Part shown: positions 13,201 through 25,256 of the stretch, piece after piece | Layout: each line of letters opens with the position of its first letter | Numbering within the stretch: position 1 is the first letter of the stretch | Source of the DNA: Guillardia theta CCMP2712 | Lineage: Eukaryota > Protista > Cryptophyta | NCBI RefSeq assembly: GCF_000315625.1 | Contig: NW_005434660.1 | Location: 172,711-236,710, forward strand | DNA: 64,000 bases | Reading direction: 5' to 3' | Program-made: the position numbers and the translations under genes | The notes under the pieces: generated by a model | Told to the model about the DNA's origin: nothing | The model's database searches: none | The model's input: only the letters and a program-made list of their open reading frames with translations

Positions 13201-13349
13201 GGTATCACAAGGCTGTCTCCGAAGACAACCCCACATACCGACGATTCTCTCACACCTCCAATATCTCCCGTCGCCCGCTGCTGCGCTCCTTGCCCAACCT
13301 TCAAGTCTCGGAGGGAAGGTTGAAAATCATCATTGCAAGCAGCAACTAA
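10207..13349 (+). CDS. F-box + CDK-like (pseudo)kinase + cyclin (N and C boxes) fusion protein
   Basis: Exon 1 10207-10332, intron 10333-10382, then exon 10383-11891. This exon encodes the F-box (LQSEILLEVLTFLDARHILCVMAVCRKMKLIAGSSHFW), a CDK fold (GFPVRYLREACLL, LRDVKPRN, LTQQVVTLSYRAPE, VDIWSAGC, LFEGDSEIGQL, RITARDALKHPYF) and the cyclin N-terminal helix (YGVNIFQSLTRNE). A phase-0 intron 11892-11948 leads to the cyclin box (VRKDLVHFIIQV..ETLYLAVNYMDRF..KLVAVACILIASKQEE..MEADVLRDLDYSL) and the C box (YLMELAL..RPSQLAAAAVILS). Likely stop at 13349. Confidence 0.88.
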
Positions 13350-13531
13350 GAGCGAGGAGATGACACTATGTTGGAAGGATTAGAAAAGGTCTACAGGCCG
13401 GAGCTCAACTTGTATTCTAGCGGGAATATTTATTGATAGATGATGAAAGTCAGATACGAACGAGATGCGAAGGAAAGCGTGCGTCTGGATGCTCTCAGCT
13501 GGGACGAATGCGAGAGTATCCGCAGGAGGGA

Positions 13532-14493
13532 TCATGAGGATTGAGCCTTCTTGTCGTTGCTGCTCGTCATCGAGTTCAAGTACGCTTTGTTCATCGCACT
13601 CCGCGCTTGCTGCGGGTCAGTCTTGGCCCGAATGATCTGAGATGGAGATCACTACGATTGTTGTGACTTTCACATCACCGTACCCGGAAGCACCGTGTGA
13701 CAATATCTCCGATGTCTCTGCAGGAACATCGTCAAGACAACAAGAAAACATCAGCCAAGGAAATGAAGCAACCTCTGTACCCAAATCTGCCACCACACGG
13801 TCAGAATGCAATGCACCGGCATGCCAGTCCTCACCTCAACTTCTGAACCTGGAGGGCCGAGAAGCAGGTCAGCTACTCGAGTAGCCGGTGCCTTGTAGAC
13901 ATTGTTTCCATCGATCTTCAACAGGATCTGCGGCATGGGCGTCATGCATAGCGAAACTGAGTTGGTTCAATCCTACATCTCCCGCAATCAACCTTCCTTC
14001 TGAAGTGGCTCCAGGGCAAACCTTCACGAGCCATTACATTCAAGGGGACGAGGAGGAGGCTAAGGGAACAACCGTGTGCACGTAGAGGCACCTTTCGCTG
14101 TTCATGGCAACGATGATCCCTATCCCAACTTTCTCCTCCTTTGAGCTCTTCGACTGCAAGGTTCTGGACCTTTCCGGCTGTGTGACCCTCTGAGCAGGAT
14201 TGCCTTCATCCAGAGCTCGGCTATGACCTGGTTTGCTCTCAGGGGGCTGACCCTGTAACCATCGTCAACTCCTTGCCGCCCTCCTCCCTCTCAGATTCAA
14301 AACAAACCGACACAGGTCAAACTCTCATGATCACTCCCCAGGGTCACGCACACACACACATCGACGCAAGCATGCTCCCTATAGGAGGCAAGAGACTGGC
14401 ACAGTGCCCTCCTCCTACCTCCTTGTCTGCTGCCGCCTTGGGCTCGCAGCATCCTATCCGCTGCGGCGTGCATATACCGGCCAGCCACTCCAT
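13532..14493 (-). CDS. Small PDZ-domain protein
   Basis: Spliced: VGIGIIVAMNSERCLYV..VCPGATSEGRLIAGD..ILLKIDGNNVYKAPATRVADLLLGPPGSEVE. Likely N-terminus MEWLAGICTPQRIGCCEPK. Confidence 0.7.
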
Positions 14494-14879
14494 TCGCCCT
14501 TGCACCCCTCAGCGTCGCGCTGGGCAGCTGAAATATAGGAAGCCTGTGATTGTGAGCGCGACTTGTTTACATTTTAACAATCATTTTTAGACTTAAGTAA
14601 AACAGTGGTACGAAGAATAGCTCATCGGAGAACCAAGAGCCGTTGATCGCCAAAAATAATTGTAAATAATTATAAGTTTTATTTATTTGTAGGGAAACGT
14701 ATCGGTATTTCCCGGAAGACTTGGAGAAATGCAAAGTTTTAAAAGTAAAAATTGGTACCAAAGGATCGATGTTTTTTTTTAATTAACATTATTTTAAACT
14801 TTGGGGGTTGAAAGAGGACAGCGAATTTCCTTCTTGATTGCCAGCATGCTGTCCTGCCCTGAGTCTTGATTAAACAACC

Positions 14880-16432
14880 ATGTGCATCATGGCGGCCTTG
14901 GTTGGGATGAGCGCGGAGTTCCCGGTGAGATGATGAAGCGACGAGAGAACGAGATGAGACGAGACAAGACGAGATGAGACGAGATGAGACGAGATGAGAC
15001 GAGATGAGACGAAACGAGACGAGACAAGACGAGATGAGACGAGATGAGACGAGATGAGACGAGACGAGACGAGACGAGATGAGACGAGATGAGATGAGAC
15101 GAGACAAGTAGAGATGAGATGAGAGTCGATATACGCGAGGGGAGTCGAAGAGGGATTTGGGATCCAAAGGAGAGCAACATATCACGACAGAGAGATTGCA
15201 GTAGAAGACTAGAATAAAGGCAAAGACTCGGATATGAAATGCTCCAGTATCAATTCTTTGTTGGGAGATGACAGGACTTGCTTTGATGTATGGATTGCAG
15301 TTCATCTTGGTTCATAATCGCGACGAGGACTGGACAAGGAAGACTTTCGATGTGCAGGACAACGGAGCTGTCATAGCGGCGATCGATAGCAGGGCAGGTG
15401 CGTCTGCCGAGGCAGGTCGAGCTCATGGTTGATGACGAACAAGGAAGGTGGAACATGGATGGGGTTGCACAAGGAGACTGCTAGATTCGCTGCGCTTACG
15501 AATGTGAGAACAAAACAAAAGGTACCCACTCCGTCCAAATCACGGGGAAGAATGGTTCAAGACTACCTCGAGAGAGGGTGATGCTAGAAATGCAAATGTG
15601 TACGAAGAGAAGTTTAAGATGACTCTTGACAACGCAGAAGCGAACAATGGGAGGACTACTATGCTTATCACACGTATATGCTCATGAGATGCTGGTGAGA
15701 TACGGAGTTGACTCTGCGAGACAGGTTGCACTGCAGCGATATCAGAGCAAGGCAACATGGCGAACCAGAAGTTTACCTTCGCACTTGTGTTCCTACTGTT
15801 GGTGGGGGAGAATGCACATGGGAAACTGTGTGTGAACGACTGGACTCTGGACACGTGTACTGTATCAGCAATGAAGAATGCAGAAGTGTAAACACAGCCA
15901 ACTTCCCGAAGTGCGCCTGGCTCAAGCAAGAGCTTGAGCGAACAATCAAATCGTTCAATGTTGAAAGCAAAGGGAAAGAAGGCGCACTGAAACTTGCAGA
16001 AGCGATGAGCATAGCGATGTCCTCTACAGTGAATTTTGCTGAGGTACGGTATATTTCAATCTTATGTTAGCACCCTCAATGCAGAACTTGTCAGGAGAGT
16101 CTACCCGATATGAGTTTTAGCCCTCTCACCAAGGAGCAGGAGACTATCTTGCAAAGGGGCCCGTACATTCACGGGCCGAGTGCAGGTAAGAATGAGGTCA
16201 GGGAGAGCTGAACATCAGCCGATAGATGCCGGCAGGTTTTGAAAGCTACGGGACTCAGACACAGACGATTGTCATTAGCAGTGCGAGCAGCAAGTCAATC
16301 TATTACTTTTGCAGGAGAACAGAAGGTTGTTCCGACAGTATCTGATTTGTTGTCTTTGCTGAAGTTGGACTCGCAGGACTCGATGCTGAACAGGCTCGGC
16401 AGACGCCCTTTGCCTGTTTCGAGGTCCAGTGA
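14880..16432 (+). CDS. TANGO2: TANGO2/NRDE-family protein (Ntn-hydrolase fold)
   Basis: MCIMAALVGMSAEFP | intron 14925-15300 | FILVHNRDEDWTRK..DSRA-GGTWMGLHKETARFAALTNVR..SRGRMVQDYL..VYCISN..YGTQTQTIVI. Shows the N-terminal MC, NRDE, GGTW, LTN, SRG and YGT family motifs. Confidence 0.88.
14940..15125. repeat. (GAGAC/GAGAT)n pentanucleotide microsatellite in TANGO2 intron 1
   Basis: More than 30 degenerate pentamer copies. Confidence 0.92.
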
Positions 16433-17089
16433 AGTCAATGCATTACAACTGAGTTTGGCGACATCCTTTACTGGCAGCTCACGGTGAGCCGTGGAAGACT
16501 GGTAGACACTGAGCCATCACAACGTCTCCAGTGAACCAGTGCCACTGCAAGCCACTGCAAGCCACTCCACCTAACGTCGATGAGTCGCACTGCCGCACAC
16601 GCTCAAGTTGTCTACAGCCGCAGTGAGCTGAACTTCGGAACTTGTCCACTGCCATGTGGCGGACTCCGGGCCGGGGCGATACCATGATGCTGAGTCGGCC
16701 ATCGGCCTGCGCCTGCGCCCCCGAGACTCTCGAACTTGAGAGCTGCTGGGTGACACATGATTCGGCGACTGAAGGAGTCACGGCGAGTTTCCTCCGATTG
16801 TACCCAGTCCGATCCAATAATCATGGTACTTAGAACTGTATATGGAACCGAAACTGAATTTTTGTATGAGTGCAAGTAAGAGAGTAATTGTTTTGTGCTA
16901 CTGCTACGGTACTACAAGGATAGCGCTTGTGTATTGTGGTACTGTCAATCCAAGTAAATTTGTACTGTAATATAATAATATTTTAAATCTGTCGTACCCT
17001 ACAGACTGTACTCGAAAGATTGACTGAAGTTTCTACCGGCAGTTGACCATGGCAGGGAATAGTGCTGTGTGATGGCATGTGTCGCGCGA

Positions 17090-19437
17090 TGAGCGAGAGC
17101 GAGGAGGACATGGGAAGACGGCGAGAGCGACGAACATGAAGACTCTCACGTAAGGAGAGGGAGGTCAGGTTGCCCAAGATAGCGAGTGGGTCATGCGGGA
17201 GAGCTGAAGGAACGGATCGAATATCGTTGCTCAAGGCACAAGATCCAAGAGATCAATCCGAGTTGTACAGAAGCTACCGATGAGCTGCCAACGGCGACAC
17301 ACAGACATGATCGACATCAGATGTTGAATCCCGAATAACTCGACACGACGATGTCCAGGTTTCAACTGTCAAGGAGGAACAGCCGCGGGCTGAGATCGCC
17401 AACGCCGAAGATAGATCTGCTTGCGCCATCATCCGATATCTCAGTAAGCACAAACCGATTGCCTATTGGTTGTGAGACTGCAGCAGTCACATGACATGGC
17501 TGAGGCCATCTTGAACAACTTCAAGGTCAGCTCGCAGGTAAGGAAGCAACTCGACAGAGATGCGGCAGACAGGGTGAACGCTTCTATTCCTCTTGAGTAT
17601 GCCTGGAGGCTTCGCAACCGCAAAGGTGAGATGGCCGGAGTGCGATGCCGTCAGCTCTGAGTGCCGCGCAGACAAGAAGAGGATGAATGTGACCGCGTTG
17701 TGCAAGGCGCTAGAGAAGAACGTCCTGGAGAGACAGATTGAAGACGTTGCCCTGGTGATGTGAAACATGCATGGTTACTTATGAGACATACATAATTGTT
17801 TATGAAACAAACATGATTATTTGTCCTCTGAGCCTTATTTGGACAGATCCATGCCGAGTTGTCCAAGACGAAATGCTTCGACTCTTTCAAGGTTCTGCTC
17901 AGCAGCTTTCCAGGTGCCTCGATGACTCTTTGTGCAGCTCTCGCCCGAGCACGAGGTCGAGATGTGCAAAGTGGTATCACTGCACACGGTCTCAGAGGTT
18001 GGGATGTACGTCGGAAGAGAAGGAGAACAAATCGACCAGTTCTATGTCATGAGTCCGCTGGCTCACAGACGCTCCTCTGACACCTTTGGCAGATCATCAT
18101 CCAAGGGAGGGTCCAAGTCCAGAGCGCAGCAGAGGGAACTATCAAAATTTTGCATCAGGGCGACTCGTTTGGCAATGATAGTGCTGCCTGCTCGAAGGTA
18201 GATTGAGACCTTCTGCCCTGTTTCCTTGCTCCTCCTCCGCTCGATCTCATACATGTCGTTGCAGACTAGCATGTTTGACTACATCGTAGAACAGCCCTGC
18301 ACATTCTGTCTCATGTCTTCCAGGAACTATTGCAACCGCATCCTGCCCTTGCACTTCGAAGGGTATCATCGCAAAGAGCGTGAGTTCCGTTCAATCGCCG
18401 CCTTCAGTGAATGGGAGGAGAAGAAGATATCGGACCTGGTGCAAATAACTTACATTCGGAGGTATGATGTGGGATCAGCAATCATCAGGGAGGGAAAGGT
18501 CTACAACGACATCATGATCATCATCAGAGGGTTCTGCGAGATCTGGAAAGTCATTGAGGACGAGGACTTCTTGTGTGAGACGTTGGCAGCAGGGGACACC
18601 CTTGACCTTGAGCATGTGCTGTCAGAGGAGCCATGCACTTACACAGCCGTGGCGACGTCCATCGTGGAGCTTCTCGCAGTCAACTGCCACGAGGCGATCG
18701 CAACGAGGGAGGAGGAGAACGACAGCATCATCGACAGGGAGACGATGCAGAAGCTGCTGGAGCGGGAGAAGAAGCCCGCCTTCAAAGGCTTCGACCAGTT
18801 TGCGGAGAAGCAGCGAGTGTGGAGGGAATACAAGAGTTCCGTCGTACAGCATGCGGTGAGAGAGGTCAGAGGACTCAAGATACCTCAGAGAGAGAAAGAG
18901 CACGTGATCGGCCGCAAGGATTCTGATGCCTGGACTTCTCTGACCCCCTTCGGCCGCACGGCCTCCAGCGAACACAACGAGCCTCCTGTTAGTCCCACCA
19001 CTGCGTTCAGGAGAAGGAACAAGATCCTCAAGAACTTTCTGTTCGGGTCGGAGGAGGGAAGCGGCAGCGGGGAAGAGGCGTCGAGAGGTAGGAAGCGATG
19101 TTGGATCAGGAGGAGAGGTGAACTTGTCACTGCGCAGGGAGGAGGGAGTCGTCGGAGAGCAATGTGTCGAGGCAGACATGGCAGCAAAGAGCAAGACAAC
19201 AAAAGTTTGTCTACAGGTAAGGCTCCGTGCCCTGATACCTTGACTTGACCTTCTCCGCAGTCAGCCAATCATGACAATAGCTGGGCCCGTCTACCCACCT
19301 CCAAGGTCTAGCCATAGCATAGCAGTAAACGACGCTGACGTTTGAGACAGAATCGTCTACCGGAAGCAGGCATCAAGCAGAAGAGGGCTAGACGTCGTTA
19401 TCTAAAGCTCTCGCTGGGATCTGTGACAGCCATGTAA
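17090..19437 (+). CDS. Protein with two cyclic-nucleotide-binding-like domains (ends approximate)
   Basis: CNB1: VGMYVGREGEQIDQFY|IIIQGRVQVQ..KILHQGDSFG. CNB2: FRSIAAFSEW..RRYDVGSAIIREGKVYNDIMIIIRGFCEI..ETLAAGDTL..YTAVATSIVELLAV. Confidence 0.75.
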
Positions 19438-19520
19438 CGATCGCTTCGATCATGAAATTTTCTCCTCAGTGTACAAGTTGAATACAATCACCGTCTCTAG
19501 CTTCTCTACGAGCAACGTAC

Positions 19521-20727
19521 TCATGCTACTCGCTTCCACAAGGCCAACCCGCCACCTGCAACGAAATGACGACAAGCGCGTAAACAGGCAGCCATGCTCT
19601 CACCGCCTCCTCTTGCTGTTGCGATCTCTGCATCTGCCGATATCCAGTTGAAGAAAGGCTTGCGCGACTGCTTGATCAGGTCCATGTTGTTGCTGCTGCC
19701 GAGGCCACTCGCCGACCCGATCTCTGCCGCCTTGCCCTTGGGCAGGTTCACCTCAAGGCCCAGCACAGCGATCTTATCAAAGTCAACTGGAACAAGTGAG
19801 GGGACAGTCAGAGCACAGCTGCAGCCTCAAGCTCGGCATACACTCCAGCTTGCGGGATTTGAGGTTGAACTCAAACTCGCCGAAGAACTTGAGCACTGCA
19901 GTATCCCCAAAGTAGATGCCGTTGGTGATCAGCCCGTTCTGCACGTCGAACCTGGCGAACACATTAGGGCGAGTAATGACGTCAAAAAGCAAGGGACGTT
20001 TGCATGGCCTTGAGAGGAAAGTAGTTCACTTTCCTACCAAATCGTTTCTGTGTCTCCTTGGTACCTAGTTGGCACTTGTCAAGCTCTAAGGAGGGACAAG
20101 AAAGTTTCTTCACCAGTTGTGAAGATCAGCCTCCATTGGCCGTCCAGGTTGTTGAGAACTTGACGAGCTGTCTCGTATCCCTTACAGAAACCCGTGTTGA
20201 GGAAAGTCTTGCAGCAACTCCGTCAAAATACCTCAGAGTCTTCCTTGCACTTCTTTCGCATGTTTTGCTGCAAGGGGTTGTGACTTATACTAGACAAGTC
20301 AGCTCCTGTACCTCCAGACTCTCCAGCGCATCGCATACAGCCTCGCTGTTTTCCTGCTTCGTCTCCGCTGCTTTCACCTTCCCCTGAGTCAGCCAGTTTC
20401 TCAGCTCTCAGAGCTCAACAGTACCAGCAGGTCGAGAGCTCGGTCGATCGAGCCCTGCAGGTTCTCAGCTCCCTCAGGGTTCGACACAGCGCTCAGAGCT
20501 GAAATTCTGTTGAGAGACGCGGTCAACACAAGGGAGCAAGTCAACCAGAGAGTCACGTGAACATACCTGATCGTCCTGCTACCATGCGAGCCTTGAAAGT
20601 CGCCCCCACCCACCGCCCTGACTGGGCAGCTGTGAAATCTGCCAAGACCAGCGCTAGGGACCGCAAGGCCCTTGAAGCCCTCGATTGGCACGAGGATTAA
20701 GAGGGACAACACAGCTACGTATTTCAT
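19521..20727 (-). CDS. Plastid-targeted PAP/fibrillin-like protein
   Basis: Leader MKYVAVLSLLILVPIEG-F (signal peptide, Phe at +1) followed by a transit-like stretch. Mature part has LDGQWRLIFTTG..ITNGIYFG..FDFDKIAVLG..PFFNWISADAEIATARGGG-GGLALWKR. Confidence 0.65.
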
Positions 20728-21435
20728 CCGAATCATCTGCAATTGTATCGTTAGGGCAAGGAGGGGAATAAGGTAGTTGTATGCGTTAAGATCTGATTCT
20801 TATCTCTGACACTTGTTTGAGTTTGCGCGTCTCTTCTCTGAAAGGGTTGATGGTTTTCAACGCAATAGATCACTTCATCTTCGACCATTACATGTTTCGA
20901 TCACGTCTTGACACGAGCATATATCTCGTCCTGGTTCATTTCGATCTCTGCCCAGTGAATTCCCCTATCGTGATGGAGCACATCGTGCTACTCCAGCTGT
21001 AGATCCGTCTACGGCGACTGCTACTGCTCGATCCTGATCCTGCTGAAGCTCATGATCTTCATGCTGCTCATGATGTCCACGTTGTTCCTCACTGCTCGCC
21101 CTCTCTTCCTCCCTCCTCTCCCTCTGTCCCTAGCGCCTCATCACCATCATTGCATGTTTATGTGCAACCCTACCCCCATTGATCCTTCAGTACCCTACCC
21201 ACACCTATCTTTGAGTACCCCACCACATCGAATAAAATAAGAAGTTCCACTTGTATACACCCTTGGGTTGCTAGGCAGCAATATTATGTCAAAATGACGG
21301 GTGGTATTGGGAAGATGTCGAGGGTGAACGATGAAGGGGTGGGTAGAAAGAGGTACTTCTGAGTATGGTGGGGTACTGTTGTACCAGTTGTGGAAACAGG
21401 TGGGGTAGGATAGGAGGGGGTGCCAAGGAACGCGC

Positions 21436-24273
21436 ATGGGTGGAGCAGGAAGCAGGGAGGATGGGGGCGGCGGCGGCGGAGGAGGAAGGAGGGAGGAAGG
21501 ATTCACCCCTCTCACTCCTGATAGACGACCTGGCAACATCAAGGTAAACTGCCCAAGCAGCATGCATGAGGAGGCGGTTGAGAAGGCTTGAGTGAACAGT
21601 TCGTGTTCTGTGGAGTTCGCCAGAGGAAGTGGAGGAGTGGGGTGTAAAAGGACAGAAAAGAAGACAAGAAATGCGGCTGTATGATGCTATATGTACAATG
21701 AACATAAATGGAATGATGGCAATACGATATGAAGTTAGTGTTGGCAAGAAATGGCGGTGGTTGGCGAAAGGTCGGGTGATGGTGGTCTTAGGGTCGTGTC
21801 CAATAGATGCTGGACGAGATGGGAGAAGGGGAAGTAAGAAGAGCGAGATACGTAGTATGATAGCTGAAAAGTTTGGAAGAAAAGGAAGCTGAAAAATCAG
21901 ACGATGGAACTGTCGTGGCCGTGAGCTGCAGTTTGGAGGGGTTGTGCGAACGGTATCAGTTGCTGATTGCAGTTCAGGTTGTTCGAAGTGAGTCGACGGG
22001 AGGCAGCAGTGGGGGTCCTCAATCGCCGGGATACCAGACAGAGGACAACACGCTTGAACAGCTGCATGAAAATGACCAAAACGTCGAAACCGAGGAGCAG
22101 AATGCTGCTGTAGCCGTCCAAGTGAGAACTGACGAGCCGGAAAAGGAACTTGCTGATTTTGATACCCAGAGTCCTCAAGGAGATCTGAATTCTCCCAACA
22201 CCCCGAAGGTTGTTGTTAGTGTCTGTCTTGAGATCTATCTTACAAGAGCCGGCAGGACAAGGTGGTATATGGAGCCGCCTACCCCCCTGAGATGGCAGAG
22301 ATCATGATGCAGCAAGAGCTGCAGAAACGCTCGTCCCATGGGGAGGGCGGCCTGACGACCTTCTCATGGATACGAGCTATGACAGACACTGCTAGTGACA
22401 ACAGGTCAGAGAGGTCTGGCGTGAGCGTGCTGGCTCTTGTAAACGCGTGCTGCTCACAGGAACGAAGGTGACAGCGCGCCTCAGAGAAATGGGGCAGACA
22501 AGAGCGAGGTGGTTGGGGATGGGAGCTCGTCAGAGCAGCAGAGCAGTGAGCATATTTCCTCGTCTGGACAGTCAGTAGCGTCGATCAGACCTACAGGAAA
22601 CCTTGATCAAGAAGAGGTTGAACCCCGCGAGGCTGTGAATAGCAATGGGAAGTATCAGAGGCGGAAGCAAAAGTTCGATCAAGTGAGTAGCTGCGGTGAT
22701 GTGACGAAGATGACACTTGTTTGACAAGGTTCTCGGAGCTGCGGTGATAGATCTGGGTGCCTTGCAGGCGTTGTGCTGGAGTGGTTGTCCAGCAGAACAC
22801 CGGGCGATGACGTGGCGGCTGTTGCTGCGCTACATGCCAGGTAGGCATGCGAATGCTCGAGAGCTATTGATTGAGCCTGCACAGGAAACGCTGAGAGGCG
22901 GGAGGATAAGATGAATCGGCTGAGGCTGGAGTACGCTGATGCCGTGGTGCATTATTTCGACAAGTACGACCCAGAGAAGGCTTCGGTATGACCGCTGGAT
23001 GTCTGCTGGGGTTTGAACCCTGACCCTGGCTTTGGGGCTAGTTGTATGACAAGACCATGTACAATCAAATCTATGTGGATCTTCCCAGGACGAATCCATC
23101 CATGCCGCTCTTTCAGAATGAGCAAGTTCAACAGGTTTGCCTTCATTCCTTATCAACGCTCTCGGTTGTTGTGACACGTGCTGTCAGAGTTTGCATAGAA
23201 TATTGTATGTTTGGGCGATTCGGCACCCAGGAACAGGTTATGTACAGGTTGGAATACATCGGAGCGAAGTACTCTGCCTGACTTTGACACTCATTTGCTA
23301 TCAGGGGATAAATGATCTAGTCACTCCATTCTTTTTCGTCTTCCTTCAAGAGGTGTGCTGGTACAAGCGACGATCAGGAGTTTTGTGAGTGTTATATGAA
23401 AGGTCTCTGGAGCCAAGGAGGCAGACGTAAGGAATGGTGAAGTTATGAAATTTTTAACGCCCAGCCAACAACAAAAGGTGTCCTTGATATCCATCTACTT
23501 TGCTGGCAAGGAACACCCATGACCATTGTTTACACCAGGTGGAGGCGGACTGCTATCATTGTTTGACGAACATGCTGGACAATGCTCAGGTTGGAAATAT
23601 TTCTGTTCTTGCTCTGTCTGATCGTTTTCTCTCAGGACAACTACGTGCTAGATTCCAAGGGAATCCAGGTACAGGACCCGAAGCTCAACCATCGGAGCTC
23701 CGTTACGACTAGCTGATCTCTGCTGATCCATGTGCTGGGCAGGAGAAAGTTTTCAAACTCAAGAGGATCATCTCGCGCCTGGATGAGAAACTAGTTCAAC
23801 ACCTCGAGGCCAACGATGTCGAGTTCCTTCAGGTCTCCTTTGTGCTCTCCCGCGCCATCCACCTTGTCACTTCTCGTCCGCCAGTTTGCGTTCAGATGGT
23901 TCAACTGCCTCCTCATGCGCGAGTTCTCCATGGAGTGCACCCTCCGGCTATGGGACACGTACGTGGCTGACAAATCCTTCGCCTCCTTCCATGTCTACGT
24001 CTGCGCTGCCGTCCTGCTGTCGTTCTCCAAGGAGCTCAAGGTGACAAAGAGCTAGCCAGCTCGACCTGTGCTGACGAGGTGACTCATGTAGGCCATGGAC
24101 TTTCAAGAGATCATATTCTTCCTCCAAAAGATGCCAACAGAAAAGTGGTAGGATGAACTATCCCAGCTTGTTCACGGTGCTGATTTTTTCCCATCAGGTC
24201 TGCTGAGCAGATGGAGATTATTCTTGCTCAGGCATACGCGTGGTGCCAGCAGTTCAGCGCAAGTCACATCTAG
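21436..24273 (+). CDS. TBC1D22: TBC-domain Rab GTPase-activating protein, TBC1D22/Gyp1-like (start uncertain)
   Basis: IDLGALQALCWSGCPAEHRAMTWRLLLRYMP; QIYVDLPRTNP (Arg finger); RILYVWAIRHPGTGYVQGINDLVTPF (Gln finger); VEADCYHCL; QFAFRWFNCLLMREF..LRLWDTY. Stop 24273. A possible first exon MGGAGS (21436-21543) splices in frame to 21864. Confidence 0.92.
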
Positions 24274-24351
24274 AGCAATAAACGTGGTTCTTGCCCCTCA
24301 CCCGCTTTCGATACCTTGAGTTACAACAACATTCTGGATATGAATTTCACT

Positions 24352-25024
24352 TCACTTGGTCATCTCTTGGGTGGCAGGAATCTGAGCCAAAATCTCCATC
24401 TGGACGAGAGAAGAAGTCAGTCGACTTCGATACGTACACTAGTCTTGCTCACCATGTGATGGAAGGGCTCAATCAAGCTCGTGTCGTGCAGTAGCGATCG
24501 CACGGGGGTAACCTCGTTGTTAGCTTCTAGAACACCTTGGAGTTTGGCGACCTTGGCCTTATCTGCCGATGGGAATTCGTCCTTTGTGTGCTGAGCCAGG
24601 AGGACGAGGCTCAACAGAACATTTCTTATATCCTCCTTGCTCAGCATGCTCCTGGACAGGAGGGGGATGATACTTTGAACGAAGCCATACTCCACCAGAG
24701 AGTTTCGCTGCTCAACGTCCCTTGCCAGTTGCTGCGTGACTCTCAGTGCCCTTGAAAGATGATATTTGTTCTCAGGAAGATGTCCCATGTCAAACGCCTT
24801 CTTGTACACTGGCCACTGCAAAACAACATCAGCTCGGTATTGGAAATACAGTACAGTGAGTGTCTACGAACCCATTCCCTTGCAGACTCAGGCAGGTGGT
24901 CGAGGAGGATCGAGATGGCGGTCAGGTTGTTCATCTTGGCTATGTTGGGGTCTTGCACACAGTAGGCCATCTGCGCTGAGAGCATGACGAGCGCAACGAG
25001 CTTCAGAGCCCCGACTGCCTGCAT
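24352..25024 (-). CDS. Small helical (ARM-like) protein with signal peptide
   Basis: MQAVGALKLVALVMLSAQMAYC leader; ALRVTQQLARDVEQRNSLVEYGFVQSIIPLL resembles one armadillo repeat. Confidence 0.5.
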
Positions 25025-25256
25025 TCCTACGAGCAAGTTGCTGCGGGCGCTGAGGTTTGACAAGGAAACTTTCAAAGTTCGAGAGTTTGAAAGATTTGCA
25101 AAAGGAAACTTTCAAAAATGAAGAGAAACTTTGAAACTTGTTAGTAATGGGACTGGGGGCCATCATGGCAGCGGGCGTATGAAGGCGACTGGAGTGACAA
25201 TGAAGCGATGCCGGCGGCAAGAAGCGATTGAGATGCTGGATATGCTTCGAAAACTA

